NCBI GenBank assembly: GCA_040954595.2
Contig: CM082585.2
Location: 200,814 to 264,813 of the forward strand
From: Balanoglossus misakiensis
Taxonomy: Eukaryota; Animalia; Hemichordata
Direction: 5' to 3'
DNA: 64,000 nucleotides
This document shows, one piece after another, positions 62,740-64,000 of the stretch (positions within the stretch are counted from its first letter, which is position 1; every line of letters starts with the position of its first letter). The notes beneath the pieces were generated by a model, which made no database searches, was not told the DNA's origin, and worked only from the letters and a program-made list of their open reading frames with translations. Made by a program: the position numbers and the translations under genes.

Positions 62740-63777
62740 CATTGCAAGCAGATCTGCAAGCAGCGGGCCCAAGCCAACATAGCACATAGCAACATAGCAA
62801 TAAGCATATCTGCTCTGGATGCCAAGATATGGAAAAGAAGGTCAAAGGTCACCTGAGGTTATGCAAAATTTAGGCAAGAAATTTTGACCCTATACTGGTC
62901 CAGGTTCAACAAAAACCAAACCTATAGCGCTATTGGTTAGCCTGGAATTAGGTATGCACATAATTAATGTGATATGCAGGTGTCACAGGTGACAAATATA
63001 CTGGTCCATGTTCAACAAAAACCAAACCTATAGCCCTATTGGTTAGCCTGGAATTAGGTATGCACATAATTAATGAGATATGCAGGTGTCACAGGTGACC
63101 CCAAATTTTGGCTTTTCAATTTTAGTCCCAACCTTCCAAATGCCAAGTCTGTACCTTCTCTGGATGCCAAGATATGATAAAGTAGGTCAAAGGTCACCTG
63201 AGGTCATGCAAAATTTGGGCAATAAATTTTGACCTTATACTGGTCTATGTTCAACAAAAACCAAACCTATATCCCTATTGGTTAGCCTGGAATTAGGTAT
63301 GCACATAATTCATGAGATATGCAGGTGTCACAGGTGACCCCCAATTTTGGCTTTTCAATTTTAGTCCCAACCTTCCAAACGCCAAGTCTGTACCTTCTCT
63401 GGATGCCAAGATATGATAAAGTAGGTCAAAGGTCACCTGAGGTCATGCAAAATTTGGGCAATAAATTTTGACCTTATACTGGTCCATGTTCAACAAAAAC
63501 CAAACCTATAGCCCTATTGGTTAGCCTGGAATTAGGTATGCACATAATAAATGAGATATGCAGGTGTCACAGGTGACCAATATGTTGGCTTTTCAATTTT
63601 AGTCCCAACCCTCCAAACGCCAAGTCTGTACCTGCTCTGGATGCCGAGATATAGGAAAGTAGGTCAAAGGTCACCTGAGGTCACCCAAAATTTTGGCAAG
63701 AAATTTTGACCCTATACTGGTCCATGTCCCACAAGAACGAAACCTCTAGCCCTATTAGTTAGCCCGGAATTAGGTAA
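62740..63777 (-). mobile_element. Helentron-associated element (3' part) with ~239-bp tandem repeats, related to 5532-7267
   Basis: Units are diverged reverse complements of the 237-bp repeat at 6214-7225 (GCCTGGAATTAGGTATGCACATAATTAATGAG; GTAGGTCAAAGGTCACC). A stem-loop TTGCAAGCAGATCTGCAAG and GGGCCCAAGC lie at the left end. Confidence 0.7.
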
Positions 63778-64000
63778 GTTCAGTTCAGTTCAGTTCATAA
63801 GGGACAAATATCTAAGATAATAAGGTCCCTCAAATCCTATCAGTTGCTTGAAAATAAATGTCAATATTGTTCTTGAAATTGTTTGTATCCTTTGACATAA
63901 TCACAAAGTCCGGTAAAGCGTTCCACTCGTTCACAACACGAACAGGAAATGAATATTTGCGAATGTCTAGTCTGGATGGCAGCTTTTGGAGCTTGTAGTC
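63778..64000 (-). mobile_element. 3' end of a CR1/L2-group non-LTR retrotransposon
   Basis: Translates DYKLQKLPSRLDIRKYSFPVRVVNEWNALPDFVI...NNFKNNID...* (stop ~63830), followed by a short 3'UTR stem GGGAC/GTCCC and a (TGAAC)n tail. Confidence 0.85.

Overview
This is AT-rich, repeat-saturated metazoan genomic DNA with spliceosomal introns. A marine invertebrate is my inference from the repeat types. Almost everything is transposon-derived or tandem repeat. (1) 1-4290 (-): a degraded Academ-like DDE transposase gene with an OTU deubiquitinase domain inside its catalytic core. (2) An isolated calcium-binding EGF host exon. (3) 8552-16907: a near-complete Ty3/Gypsy LTR retrotransposon with PNMA-type Gag, tRNA-Pro PBS, a -1 frameshift signal and PR-RT-RH-IN, but with discordant LTRs. 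(4) Many non-autonomous DNA elements (Kolobok-, Harbinger-, Academ- and Helentron-type), plus several unrelated families whose long terminal hairpins share a CGAG-[GNA/GNNA mini-hairpin]-CGAG apex. (5) About 30-49 kb: satellite and microsatellite arrays. (6) From 48.4 kb to the end: an IS3EU-type spliced transposase pseudogene converging on a multi-exon minus-strand gene. By my manual exon reconstruction that gene encodes a USP (C19)-like deubiquitinase domain followed by a CbbX/SpoVK/EccA-type AAA+ ATPase. This last locus and the shared hairpin apex are the most novel-looking signals. All family assignments come from motif recognition by eye; no database search was run.
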